Positions 10,801 to 16,471 of a DNA stretch of 64,000 nucleotides are shown here, one piece after another. The position numbers and the translations under genes are program-made. The DNA is from Calditrichota bacterium (GTDB lineage Bacteria > Calditrichota > Calditrichia > Calditrichales > J004): assembly GCA_003696775.1 (NCBI GenBank), contig RFFS01000015.1, forward strand, positions 10,386 to 74,385, written 5' to 3'. How positions within the stretch are numbered: the first letter of the stretch is position 1; each line of letters begins with the position of its first letter. The notes beneath the pieces are model-generated. The model was not told the DNA's origin. It did no database searches and saw only the letters and a list, made by a program, of their open reading frames with translations.

Positions 10801-11885
10801 CCGAGGATAAAATTACCAGCATCCGGACATTGATTTCAGCCGGAGAGTCCTTACCGCCGGCCATAGCGGCGCAATGGGCAAACAATCGTCACATGATCAA
10901 TGCGTACGGGCCCACCGAAGCCACGGTTTGCGCTTCCTGTTACGGTTTTGATACGTTTGACGCGGAAAGCATGTCGGTACCCATCGGCCGCGCCATAGAT
11001 AATGCCCGTCTTTACGTTCTCGATGGTTCCATGCAACCGGTACCGGCCGGAGTTCCGGGGGAATTGTACATTGGTGGCATGGGTGTGGCGCGCGGTTATC
11101 TTAATCGCCCCGCGTTAACAGCGGAAAAATTTCTGCCCGATCCCTTTAGTACGGAACCCGGCGCGCGTATGTACGCCTCGGGCGATCTGGTCATCATCAA
11201 TAATGAGGGGCGATTGGTATTCCTGGATCGTGTGGATCAGCAGGTCAAAATCCGTGGTTTTCGTATCGAATTGGGTGAAATCGAAGCACGGATTCGTGAA
11301 CAAGACTCTGTGGAAGACACTTATGTTACCGCATTTGGTGAAGCCGAGAAACGCTTGGTGGCCTATGTGATACCACGTTCCCATGAAACCTTTGACAAAG
11401 ATGCCCTTTTGTATGATCTGCATAAATCGCTACCCGATTACATGGTGCCTGGCATGATTATCCCCATTGAGTCGTTCCCGTTGACCGCCAATGGCAAAAT
11501 AGACCGGGCAGCATTGCCGAAACCCGAAGGCAGCCGTAAAGTCTTTGTGCAGGCTGAAACCGAAGAAGAACAGCAGTTGGTTGACATTTGGCGGGAAGTT
11601 CTTCAGGTGGAAACCGTTGGAACGCAGGATAACTTCTTTGAACTGGGTGGACATTCCCTGGGCATAGTTCAGGTACAAACCAAAATCAAAGAAGTAATGG
11701 GTAAGGAAGTAAATGTAGTGGATTTGTTCCGTTACCCCACCATCAATGCCCTGGCCCGATATCTTTCCGGCCACGGTAATGGAAAAGAAAAAGCGGAAGA
11801 GCGACAAAGCCGGGCGGAACGCGCCAAAAACGCCGCCGCGCGCGCGGCTCAAATGCGCGCCCGGACTCAAAAAAGGAAATCATAA
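12..11885 (+). CDS. Hybrid PKS-NRPS megasynthase (3957 aa): FAAL-ACP-KS-AT-DH-ER-KR-ACP-C-A-T
   Basis: ORF-track ORF. Motifs read in order in the translation: FAAL-like N-terminus (RFRPSTLVELLRWRA, YTSGSTGMPKGV), ACP GLDSA, KS DTACSSSL/HGTGT/NIGHLE, AT GHSVGE plus YAFHS, DH GGHPLLG and HVIQDSVVFP, ER LIHAGAGGVGQAA, KR YVITGGLGDLG and SNYAAAN, ACP MGLDSLMA, C HHIVSDMWS, A YTSGSTGRPKGV...NGKIDR, T FFELGGHSL. Confidence 0.95.
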   Translation: MADSKYNDPRFRPSTLVELLRWRAVTKPNERAFTFLLDGSKKELRLTYADLDRKARAFGAMLQKRGLKGERALLLYPPGMDYIIAFFGCLYAGVIAVPAYPPDPNRLNRTLPRLQAIVRDANATVALTNDSIMYMIRILKLGSRFSDSMEKLPFLRKFRTTMNFFAASKSGVADANELGDLLWISSDDVLDHFADNWHEPDITSDTIAFLQYTSGSTGMPKGVILNHANLLANSADIYTSFGYSDNTEGVIWLPIYHDMGLIGGIIQPIYGGMATTLLSPIHFLQKPLRWLEAISRVKGKNVVSGGPNFAYDLCVKKVTPKHLQTLDLSNWSVAFSGAEPVRYETVERFYQTFKDNGFRKEAFLSCYGLAEATLYVTGVDYKKVPPITHLNLKELRKNKAVVVDPSHPDAQNMVSCGRTPEDQRVEIVNPETKERVQPGETGEVWIQGPNVAQGYWKNEEATRETFQAFIKGSQDGPFLRTGDLGCVIDGELYITGRAKDLIIIRGRNYYPQDIEFLVENAHPEIRPGCSAAFSIEENQEEKLIIVAEVRHAKNQPYEEIISAIRQTVTETNDIRVHSIVLIKARTIAKTSSGKIQRHAVKNEYLEGTLKVVHSWQGGASITEAALVDDLDQEETDTISADTEPTETAATGTIKTENAREIENWLIDHLSETLGVQRAEIDIKKPFVSYGLDSAQAIGLVGDLEDYIGKPLSPTLIWDYPNIESLARYLQAEGAVSPTVTRTVRKGDANEPIAVIGYSLRMPGAQNAEEFWQNLKEGVDCITEVPARRWDVDAFYDATPGTPAKMITRWGGFVDNEDQFDPQFFGISPREAPHMDPQQRLLLEVSYEAFEHAGYNMQTVAGSNTGVFVAISGADYLRLQVGDFDKLDAYSGTGNAFSIAANRLSYVFDLKGPSFIMDTACSSSLVAVHNAVQSLRRGETDIGLAAGVNLVLAPDITITFSQARMMSPDGRCKTFDADANGYVRGDGVGVVILKRLSDALKDGDTIHALIRGTAINQDGKSNGITAPNGLAQQECIRLALADAGVTPREVSYFETHGTGTPLGDPIETEAMKAVMADGRTEEHPLVIGSVKTNIGHLESAAGISGLLKTILALKYKTIPKHLHFKKLNPHIRLDNTHIEIATETRPWDHNNGPRIAGVSAYGFGGTNAHVVLQEAPVTPDVEVERDFSTFTGPYILPLSAHMDKALDDMAQSYRDYLENKLEDTPEALWDFLYSASKRAHLDYSAAVVAPDRAALIASLRAFSEGDVNVVRNTSEANAPNRLAFVYSGQGPQWYAMGRQLIEKEPVFRAAVEQIDTFFSEHADWSIMEELMRDESDTRVGETEVAQPTIFTIQVALTRLWESWGIRPAAVVGHSVGEVAAAYVSGTLSLKDAVKVIYHRGKLMQRATGFGKMASVALSVEEARQAIRGYEDKIGVGAHNSPENTVLSGEQEALQEVIDQLEAKGVYTKMLRVNYAFHSPHMEPFKQELAERLEGIQIHKPIIPIYSTLSGKRSVETDYNPEYWSRNIREQVSFADAMQAIISDGYTLFLELAPHPVLGGSIRECLAGARANGTALYSLKRKEDEKTTMLRALGTLYSKGIRVRWNKVYPSGVRFRALPAYPWQHQRYWFELKNDDPMTAPIFKRPQSGFTGGHPLLGQPQADPLMQGKVIFKTTIDTERLPWLKGHVIQDSVVFPAAAYLEQAVSAVAQNASDFIRVSQFDIFSALFISDDETPVEVVYTPYSDKRGTLQIFSLNRQSEQERWGMHAMGMVSLQAHTPPAQADWDALRKQCPENLDVEELYQRLATRGLNYQDVFRGIREIYKGNGVAIGKVSLPTEFQRDATNFSIHPALLDAGLQVLSATLMEALGDDKATYLPVHIEQLDLYDTRGITEVWCTARLKGTAVRGARHIHGDITLADENGRILAVVEGLRLQRFGQQEQEDLADWYYKVEWESISLDQNIDDLLNKQPGNWLVFMDKHPVGKEISNRLQQAGHEVYIARPADAFSRIDGSLYGIRPDTQEDYRKLFEAVISESGKPLTGVIFLWAMDILSDGNHHVETQTRLLSSALFVTQNVLRLPIKERPILALVTEQAWQLDNDNHERRVEQSALWGFGRVVSSENLSFRCLKLDISPANGLADGIVTVMLHDHDEDQLAWREGNVFVARLERSREDHLTGESHGHLIKVPSTPFRLHIETPGSLNALTYIPVERHAPESGQVEVEVVAAGLNFRDVLEALGLYPGGPIPLGSECSGIVTAVGEGVTAFRPGDAVLGIAPHTFGQYTVTDARLLAKKPENVTFEEAATLPITYLTAYYAMVYLGRLTKGERVLIHAGAGGVGQAAIRIAQMIGAEVYTTAGSPEKHQFLREMGVQHIMSSRTLDFADQIMEATDNQGVDMVLNSLAGAFIPRSMALLRPYGRFLEIGKTDLFQNSQLDMYPFRNNLSYHAIDLDMVSRDKPELIHSLFNEIMEHFTRNRLQALPLTRFTAPEVTRAFRYMAQRKNIGKIVVTMKEAEQTAAAAPFIRPNGHYVITGGLGDLGTQLTDWLIEKGARHITLLSRRTPDKTIRERLEKWNRSKAVVQTASVDVTDYNALRQLIMDIHDKQPVRGIIHAAGVLSDNSVLNFDPDAFVKPLPPKIAGSQNLYLIDRDIHTDFVVLFSSVAATIGNPGQSNYAAANIYMDALAQKARREGLNFYSVNWGLWATGMAARNNAIRIPGAGQITPAQGFTILENILTTKKEKAIIAPVSWPEFLAPFPENRIPALYKRFVHLRQSSQGSGGDALTAAALSALSESERMEVMSDWLKKKIARVIGVPPSKLEEDKPLNSMGLDSLMAIELKNSVENSLGTQLTIATLLKGPSIRDLAVNMLEQILDEDFAEVEEYAGDGTEFPVSHGQRAMWFQHQLSPSSIYNQVYAVRIPEKIDVDLLERSLEALSKRHAMLRTNFTLENGQPVQVIHDEPQRILTIVDAGDLSEEAFQNRFQTEIKKPFDLEKDPLTRITLFNKADGSQVFLYVAHHIVSDMWSLAIFMYELNQIYTSNGVNNLPPLPITYLDYVKQMNRELAGKIGQRHLAFWKEQLKGPLPILNLPTDKPRPSIQTYNGLTETAHIGKATRQKLEALAEANGTTLYALLLSIFKVLLHKYSGQEDIIIGTATTGRTNPEFAPLIGYFVNPVALRSQVRDEYIFTDYLQTMRDVVLNALDHQDYPFNLLVEHLQPRRDPSRTPIFQLMFVYQKAYLLHESGMSGLAVEEDGGAMKLGDVTLESISIKDRVVPFDMTMLMAEVDDGLGASLQYNTDLFTTESARHFLNRFVYLIEQIADNADARIDRYRLLPASDQQQLIDQLNAKKQAYDTILPIHKAFEETARRHADKIAVELGDTRLTYQALNARANQIARYLCDQGVQTDDIVGVSMKRSVDLIAALLGILKSGAAYLPLDHEYPVERLHYMTEDAGVRYILCEDATVTRFEAGVENVININQLDFNAPDTGNPDCSTTVDNMVYVIYTSGSTGRPKGVMVSHRNLYNLAKAQIKEFRISEDSRLLQFASISFDAAASEIFTTLLSGATLVLIDKETQGSGLELIDYINNHNITVATLPPSVLRVLPEDKITSIRTLISAGESLPPAIAAQWANNRHMINAYGPTEATVCASCYGFDTFDAESMSVPIGRAIDNARLYVLDGSMQPVPAGVPGELYIGGMGVARGYLNRPALTAEKFLPDPFSTEPGARMYASGDLVIINNEGRLVFLDRVDQQVKIRGFRIELGEIEARIREQDSVEDTYVTAFGEAEKRLVAYVIPRSHETFDKDALLYDLHKSLPDYMVPGMIIPIESFPLTANGKIDRAALPKPEGSRKVFVQAETEEEQQLVDIWREVLQVETVGTQDNFFELGGHSLGIVQVQTKIKEVMGKEVNVVDLFRYPTINALARYLSGHGNGKEKAEERQSRAERAKNAAARAAQMRARTQKRKS
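1990..2200 (+). other. ACP (loading)
   Basis: FVSYGLDSAQAIGLVGDLE phosphopantetheine-attachment signature. Confidence 0.8.
2259..3537 (+). other. Ketosynthase (PKS module 1)
   Basis: EPIAVIGYSLRMPG, DTACSSSL, HGTGTPLGDPIE, NIGHLESAAG, GGTNAHVVLQEAP. Confidence 0.9.
3850..4700 (+). other. Acyltransferase, probably malonyl-specific
   Basis: FVYSGQGPQW, GHSVGE (about 4122..4139), YAFHS (about 4428..4442). Phe at the third position of the HAFH-type motif is the malonyl signature. Confidence 0.75.
4960..5810 (+). other. Dehydratase
   Basis: GGHPLLGQ and HVIQDSVVFPAAAY (HxxxDxxxxP variant of HxxxGxxxxP), LPVHIEQ. Confidence 0.7.
6580..7530 (+). other. Enoylreductase
   Basis: LNFRDVLEALGLYPG, VLIHAGAGGVGQAAIRIAQ (NADPH-binding), GKIVVTM. 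Confidence 0.8.
7580..8110 (+). other. Ketoreductase
   Basis: YVITGGLGDLGTQL Rossmann motif, SSVAATIGNPGQSNYAAANIY catalytic region. Confidence 0.8.
8390..8605 (+). other. ACP (PKS module 1)
   Basis: LNSMGLDSLMAIELKNSVE. Confidence 0.8.
8660..9960 (+). other. Condensation domain accepting an ACP-bound acyl donor (PKS-to-NRPS interface)
   Basis: FPVSHGQRAMWFQHQL, HHIVSDMWS (9045..9071; Met replaces the Gly of HHxxxDG), GYFVNPVALR. Confidence 0.8.
10135..11520 (+). other. Adenylation domain, Tyr-like code DASTIAAVCK
   Basis: Hand alignment to GrsA-PheA: FDAAASE (D,A,S), ATLPPS (T), LISAGE (I,A), NAYGPTEATVC (A,V,C), NGK. One conservative difference from the Stachelhaus Tyr code DASTVAAVCK. 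Confidence 0.6.
11560..11770 (+). other. T (PCP) domain
   Basis: DNFFELGGHSLGIVQV; Ser codon about 11655..11657. Confidence 0.85.
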
Positions 11886-11890
11886 ACGAA

Positions 11891-14800
11891 ATGCACACAC
11901 ATATCAACCCGGATACGGATATTGCCGTCATCGGCATGGCAGGTATATTTCCCGATGCGCCCGACGTGGCGACTTTTTGGAATAATCTGACTCAGGGGAA
12001 AGAATGTATCACGGCATTCGATCCGGAGGCGTTGCGCCAGGCCGGCGTGCCGGATGATCTCATTCAGGACCCGGCGTACATTCCCCGACGCGGCATCATT
12101 GACAACCCCACCGGTTTTGATGCCTATTTTTTTGATTACGCCCCCAACGAGGCGGAAATCATCGATCCGCAACAACGGCTGTTCATGGAAACAGCATGGA
12201 AAGCTCTGGAAGATGCCGCCTGTAATCCGGAAAGTTATGAAGGTTTGATCGGACTTTTCGGCGGTGTGAGTATGAACACCTACCTGTACCGTTATCTGGC
12301 CGCGCGCGGACAGGGTTTTTCCAGCGCCGAAGGCTATCAACTGGCCATTGGAAACGATAAGGATTTCCTGACGACCCGCCTTTCTTACAAATTCAATCTG
12401 CGCGGCCCCAGTGTGGATGTGCAAACCGCCTGTTCCACTTCATTGGTTTCCGTTGTGCTGGCCTGTCAGAACCTGCTTAATTACAGTTGCGACATGGCTT
12501 TGGCCGGTGGCGCTTCCGTTACCATACCGCAGGAACAGGGTTATATGTATCAGGAAGGGATGATCTTATCACCCGACGGTCATTGCCGCCCGTTCGACGC
12601 CAAAGCACGCGGCACCATAAGTGGAAACGGCGTGGGCGTGGTGGTTTTGAAACGCGCCGTCGAGGCGCTGGAAGATGGCGACCATATTTATGCCATCATC
12701 AAAGGCGCCGCCTATAATAATGACGGTGCGCAACGGGTGGGTTATACGGCACCAAGCGTGGATGGTCAGGCCGATGTCATCGCCACGGCACAGGCTCTGG
12801 CCGATGTTTCACCGGACGATATCAGCTATGTGGAATGCCACGGCACCGGCACGGAAATGGGCGACCCCATTGAAATAACCGCATTGAAAAGCATTTTTGC
12901 CGCGGACGGCTTCACACCAAATTCGTGCGCCATCGGTTCGGTTAAAAGCAATATCGGGCATCTCGACGCCGCTGCGGGCATCGCGGGATTTATTAAAGCC
13001 GTACTTTGTCTTTATCATAAAAAACTGGTGCCCACACTTCATTATCAGTCACCCAATCCGCAAATCGATTTTGACCAAACGCCCTTTTATGTTAATACCG
13101 CGTATCGGGACTGGCCGACAGGCGCTTTACCACGCCTGGCAGCGGTGAGTTCTTTTGGAATAGGCGGTACCAATGCCCATGTAATTGTACAGGAAGCGCC
13201 CGTACAGCCCCATGCGGAAGAGCCGGGGCCGCACTTGTTATGTCTTTCCGCTAAAACCACATCCGCCCTGGATGCCATGACCACGCGTCTCGCGGATCAT
13301 CTGGAAAACAATCCCGATATTTCCCTGGCCGATACGGCTTATACCCTATTGATCGGTCGTAAACATTTTAGTCAGCGCCGCATGGTTTGCGCGGTGGATA
13401 AACACGAAGCCGTTCGTTTGTTACGTGGGGAAGACCCTCAACGCCTGCTGGGTATGGGTCATAAAAAAGACCCCGCTCCGCCACAAACCGCCTTTTTGTT
13501 TTCCGGTCAGGGCAGTCAGTATCCTTTGATGGGCAAGGGATTGTATGAACGTTACACAGTTTACCGACAGGCGGTTGATCAATGTGCCGATTTGCTTAAG
13601 CCCCATATCAATAAGGATATCCGCGAACTGCTGTATCCCAAAGGAGATATGGAAAAAGCGGCAAAAGAATTAAACCGAACGGAGTACACGCAACCGGCTC
13701 TTTTTGTTACCGAATATGCCCTGGCGCGGCTTTGGGCTTCGTTTGGTATCCGTCCGCGGGCCATGGCCGGTCATTCCATCGGTGAATATGTAGCCGCTCA
13801 TCTGGCCGGTGTCTTTTCTCTCGAGGATGCGCTCAAGCTTGTCGCCCGCCGCGGTGCCCTTATGCAATCCTTACCCACGGGAAGCATGCTCAGCGTGCCC
13901 CTGGATGAACATGATGTCCGTGACTGGTGTACCGATGACGTGGTGGTGGCCACGGTTAACAGCAAGGGCGCCACCGTGCTTTCCGGCCCGGAAACGTCCA
14001 TCCGGGACGTGGCGGCGGCTCTGCGAGAAAAAGGTATTGAAAGCCGTTTGTTGCATACTTCACATGCCTTTCATTCTCCGATGATGACGCCCATTTTGGA
14101 TGAATTTGAAGCCTATTGCCGCACCATTGCATTTAAGGCGCCCACACTCGATTATTTGTCCAATGTAAGCGGTACCTGGATTACAGCGGAAGAGGCCACC
14201 GACCCCGCATATTATGCCCGTCACCTGCGATCCACCGTCCGTTTTTATGACAACCTGACGGCACTGTATCGTGACTTTAAAGGAATTTTACTGGAATGCG
14301 GGCCGGGTAAAACACTGCAATCGTTTGCTACCCGACATCCAGAAAAAAGTCTGGATCAGGTTCTTCTGACCTCGATGCGTCATCCGAAAGACGCAACCGA
14401 TGACGTGATATTTTTTATGACAGCGCTGGGGCGTTTCTGGCTGGCGGGCCAGCCATTGGAAGCCGATACTTTATTCCATGTTTCCGAACGACGTAAATGC
14501 CCGTTGCCCACTTATCCGTTTGAGAAAAAACATTATTTACTGCCCATACCCAAAGGCGATGTTATTCCACCCACAACGGCAAACCATCCCCCCACACAAT
14601 GGTTTTACACCGGTTATTGGAAACCGGATTTCAGCCAACTTAGGCATGATGAGCCGCTTAAAGCACGACGGAGCGGCGTTACGGCTACGGAATTAAAGAA
14701 TATACAGGATGTGTCCGCGGATGAAGCCATCGTAACGGTTTGGCAGCCGGACCCTACACGCCCCCTGAATGATCTGTACGGTGAATTAGCCAATCTTTGT

Positions 14801-16231
14801 ACTCAATTAAGTTATAACCCGGGTCATCGCCTTATCGTCGTCAGTGATAAGGTATTTCGGGTACTACCCGGAGAAGAGGGCGTGCCCCATGTGGCCGCAT
14901 TGACCGGCCTGTTGCGTTCGTTTGTTGTGGAAGAAAGTCGTTTTTCCTTTACCTGGATCGATACGGATGATTTGCCCCGGTTGGCACCCGGCGCTTTTAA
15001 CAACGGCATCTATGTCAACCGAATTATTGCCCTGCGCGGCGGCCAGCCCTACCGTAGGGAATTTGAACATATAAACGTTTCTTCCAACATATCCTTCCGG
15101 ACACAAGGCCACCCACGGGTGTTGATCACAGGTGGCACCGGCCAACTGGGGGCCTTGTGGGTGGATTACATCAGCAAACAATCCCCCGCGGATTTTTACC
15201 TGTTGAGTCGCAACGGTTTTCCTCCGGCTGAGCAATGGCCTTCCATGGGTAAAACCCATACGGCTTATAACCGGGCGATGATTTTCAGCGCGGCAGAAAA
15301 GCGTGGCAGCCGCATTCGTTTCATTACAGCGGATATGGGCGACACACAACAATTGGATCATACACTGAACAATTTAGACAAGCCCGATATCATCATCCAT
15401 GCCGCGGGACTGGTGGGTGAGGCCGCCATTCATCCTTTGTCTCAAGCAAAACAAGAGAATCCGGTTGTATTTGATGCCAAGGTGAACGGTACCAACCATC
15501 TTATCAAGTGGGCACGTGACAAAAAATGCCCTCTGGTTATTTTACAATCGTCCTTATCAGCGGAACTTGGCGGATATGGATTTTCCGCTTATGCCACAGC
15601 CAATGCCTATATGGATCAATTAACCGGCACATCGGATGAAACCCATATCATTACAATCAACTGGGATGGATGGCGTTTTGATACGGAAGATACAGATAAT
15701 GGTATCCCCAGAGAAGCCGCCGTTACCTTGTTTGACGGAGTTTTTAGCAACAGTCATCTTACACAAATCATTGTCTCTACCGAACCGTTACGGCAACGCA
15801 TGTTGACCTGGCAATACGATCGATCCAAAGCGGATGAAACTGTTACGGAAAACCGTGCTTTATATGATCGTCCCAATTTGCCCACGGCCTATGTGCCGCC
15901 AGAAAATGATCTGCAGGAAGAAATCGCTGCCGTTTGGCAAAATCTCCTGGGTATAGGTCAGGTGGGCATCCATGACGATTTCTTTGATCTCGGAGGCAAT
16001 TCCCTGATGGGCACGCAGCTCATCTCTCGAATGCGGGAACGTTTTAAGGTGGATGTGCCGGTTAAAGCTCTTTTTGAGAACCCGACAATCGCGGGAGTCA
16101 GTGCATTGATCGAAGCAGAACGGGAAAAAGGTCAAAAGCAGGAAGATGTTTTGGCCGACATGCTAAACAAAGTGGAAAACATGAGTCCCGAACAAATCGC
16201 GGCTATGTTAAATCAACAAAAAAAAGATTAA
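11891..16231 (+). CDS. PKS module (1446 aa): KS-AT-KR-carrier, no DH or ER
   Basis: ORF-track ORF starting 5 nt after the upstream stop. KS QTACSTSL/CHGTGT/NIGHLD, AT GHSIGE plus HAFHS, KR VLITGGTGQLG and SAYATANAY, carrier DFFDLGGNSL (NRPS-type T signature). Confidence 0.93.
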   Translation: MHTHINPDTDIAVIGMAGIFPDAPDVATFWNNLTQGKECITAFDPEALRQAGVPDDLIQDPAYIPRRGIIDNPTGFDAYFFDYAPNEAEIIDPQQRLFMETAWKALEDAACNPESYEGLIGLFGGVSMNTYLYRYLAARGQGFSSAEGYQLAIGNDKDFLTTRLSYKFNLRGPSVDVQTACSTSLVSVVLACQNLLNYSCDMALAGGASVTIPQEQGYMYQEGMILSPDGHCRPFDAKARGTISGNGVGVVVLKRAVEALEDGDHIYAIIKGAAYNNDGAQRVGYTAPSVDGQADVIATAQALADVSPDDISYVECHGTGTEMGDPIEITALKSIFAADGFTPNSCAIGSVKSNIGHLDAAAGIAGFIKAVLCLYHKKLVPTLHYQSPNPQIDFDQTPFYVNTAYRDWPTGALPRLAAVSSFGIGGTNAHVIVQEAPVQPHAEEPGPHLLCLSAKTTSALDAMTTRLADHLENNPDISLADTAYTLLIGRKHFSQRRMVCAVDKHEAVRLLRGEDPQRLLGMGHKKDPAPPQTAFLFSGQGSQYPLMGKGLYERYTVYRQAVDQCADLLKPHINKDIRELLYPKGDMEKAAKELNRTEYTQPALFVTEYALARLWASFGIRPRAMAGHSIGEYVAAHLAGVFSLEDALKLVARRGALMQSLPTGSMLSVPLDEHDVRDWCTDDVVVATVNSKGATVLSGPETSIRDVAAALREKGIESRLLHTSHAFHSPMMTPILDEFEAYCRTIAFKAPTLDYLSNVSGTWITAEEATDPAYYARHLRSTVRFYDNLTALYRDFKGILLECGPGKTLQSFATRHPEKSLDQVLLTSMRHPKDATDDVIFFMTALGRFWLAGQPLEADTLFHVSERRKCPLPTYPFEKKHYLLPIPKGDVIPPTTANHPPTQWFYTGYWKPDFSQLRHDEPLKARRSGVTATELKNIQDVSADEAIVTVWQPDPTRPLNDLYGELANLCTQLSYNPGHRLIVVSDKVFRVLPGEEGVPHVAALTGLLRSFVVEESRFSFTWIDTDDLPRLAPGAFNNGIYVNRIIALRGGQPYRREFEHINVSSNISFRTQGHPRVLITGGTGQLGALWVDYISKQSPADFYLLSRNGFPPAEQWPSMGKTHTAYNRAMIFSAAEKRGSRIRFITADMGDTQQLDHTLNNLDKPDIIIHAAGLVGEAAIHPLSQAKQENPVVFDAKVNGTNHLIKWARDKKCPLVILQSSLSAELGGYGFSAYATANAYMDQLTGTSDETHIITINWDGWRFDTEDTDNGIPREAAVTLFDGVFSNSHLTQIIVSTEPLRQRMLTWQYDRSKADETVTENRALYDRPNLPTAYVPPENDLQEEIAAVWQNLLGIGQVGIHDDFFDLGGNSLMGTQLISRMRERFKVDVPVKALFENPTIAGVSALIEAEREKGQKQEDVLADMLNKVENMSPEQIAAMLNQQKKD
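11915..13200 (+). other. Ketosynthase (PKS module 2, aminoacyl-accepting position)
   Basis: DIAVIGMAGIFPDAP, QTACSTSL, CHGTGTEMGDPIE, NIGHLDAAAG, GGTNAHVIVQEAP. Confidence 0.9.
13487..14340 (+). other. Acyltransferase, malonyl-type
   Basis: FLFSGQGSQY, GHSIGE (about 13767..13784), HAFHS (about 14060..14077). Confidence 0.8.
14600..15680 (+). other. Ketoreductase (structural plus catalytic subdomains)
   Basis: VLITGGTGQLGALW (about 15115), SSLSAELGGYGFSAYATANAY. No DH or ER motifs between AT and KR. Confidence 0.75.
15905..16115 (+). other. NRPS-type T domain terminating a PKS module
   Basis: AYVPPENDLQEEIAAVWQNLLGIGQVGIHDDFFDLGGNSLMGTQLISRMRERF. This is the YVAP..E..W..L..G..D.FF.LGG.SL pattern of PCPs rather than the GxDSL pattern of PKS ACPs. 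Confidence 0.75.
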
Positions 16232-16242
16232 GGGATTTAAAA

Positions 16243-16296
16243 CCACAAAGACACGAAGACACTAAGGTTTTTCTTTGCGCCTTAACATCTTTGCGG
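16243..16296. repeat. Intergenic imperfect palindrome, cassette 1 unit 1
   Basis: CCACAAAGACACGAAGACACTAAGG-TTTTT-CTTTGCGCCTTAACATCTTTGCGG. The outer arms CCACAAAGA / TCTTTGCGG pair (one G-U). Confidence 0.75.
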
Positions 16297-16308
16297 TAAA
16301 AAATAAAA

Positions 16309-16361
16309 CCACTAAGGCACGAAGACACTAAGTTCTTCTTTGCGGCTTAGCGTCTTTGTGG
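16309..16361. repeat. Intergenic imperfect palindrome, cassette 1 unit 2
   Basis: CCACTAAGG CACGAAGACACTAAG ttcttctttgcgg CTTAGCGTCTTTGTG G. The 15-nt arms give 13 Watson-Crick pairs, 1 G-U and 1 mismatch. Confidence 0.85.
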
Positions 16362-16384
16362 TAAAAAAAAATAAATGAATAAAA

Positions 16385-16448
16385 CTACTAAGGCACAAAG
16401 ATACAAAGGCACTAAGTTCCTTTTCTTTGCGTCATGGTTGTCTTACTA
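16385..16448. repeat. Intergenic palindrome, cassette 1 unit 3 (degenerate)
   Basis: CTACTAAGGCACAAAGATACAAAGGCACTAAGTTCCTTTTCTTTGCGTCATGGTTGTCTTACTA. The left half is conserved and the right arm is decayed. Confidence 0.55.
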
Positions 16449-16471
16449 TTAAAAGTGTGAGTTTTTAAACT

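Noticed and set aside
14340-15100. Possible hidden DH or other domain between AT and KR of the second PKS gene
   Set aside because: There is no HxxxGxxxxP or other catalytic motif. The length and position fit the post-AT linker plus the KR structural subdomain.
16309-16375. The hairpins as sense-strand intrinsic terminators splitting the operon
   Set aside because: On the + strand every stem is followed by an A-run, not a U-run. The T-tracts are on the opposite strand, so sense-strand Rho-independent termination is not supported by the sequence.
16375-16452. 25-codon small ORF inside cassette 1 (MNKTTKAQRYKGTKFLFFASWLSYY)
   Set aside because: The homologous ATG in cassette 2 (50462) hits a stop after 10 codons (MNKTTQARRH*). 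Conservation is therefore at the nucleotide and structure level, not in the reading frame. There is no ribosome-binding motif.
16427-16452. Internal sigma70-like promoter at the end of cassette 1 (TTGCGT ... TATTAA)
   Set aside because: The spacer is only 14 nt and both hexamers are weak. No comparable pair with proper spacing was found in cassette 2. I cannot support a promoter call without transcript-start data.
16232-16471. CRISPR array interpretation of the intergenic repeats (also 50393..50622)
   Set aside because: There are only three units per locus. The repeats are imperfect and internally palindromic over their whole length. The 'spacers' are short A-runs that are themselves conserved between the two loci. 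No cas genes are present.
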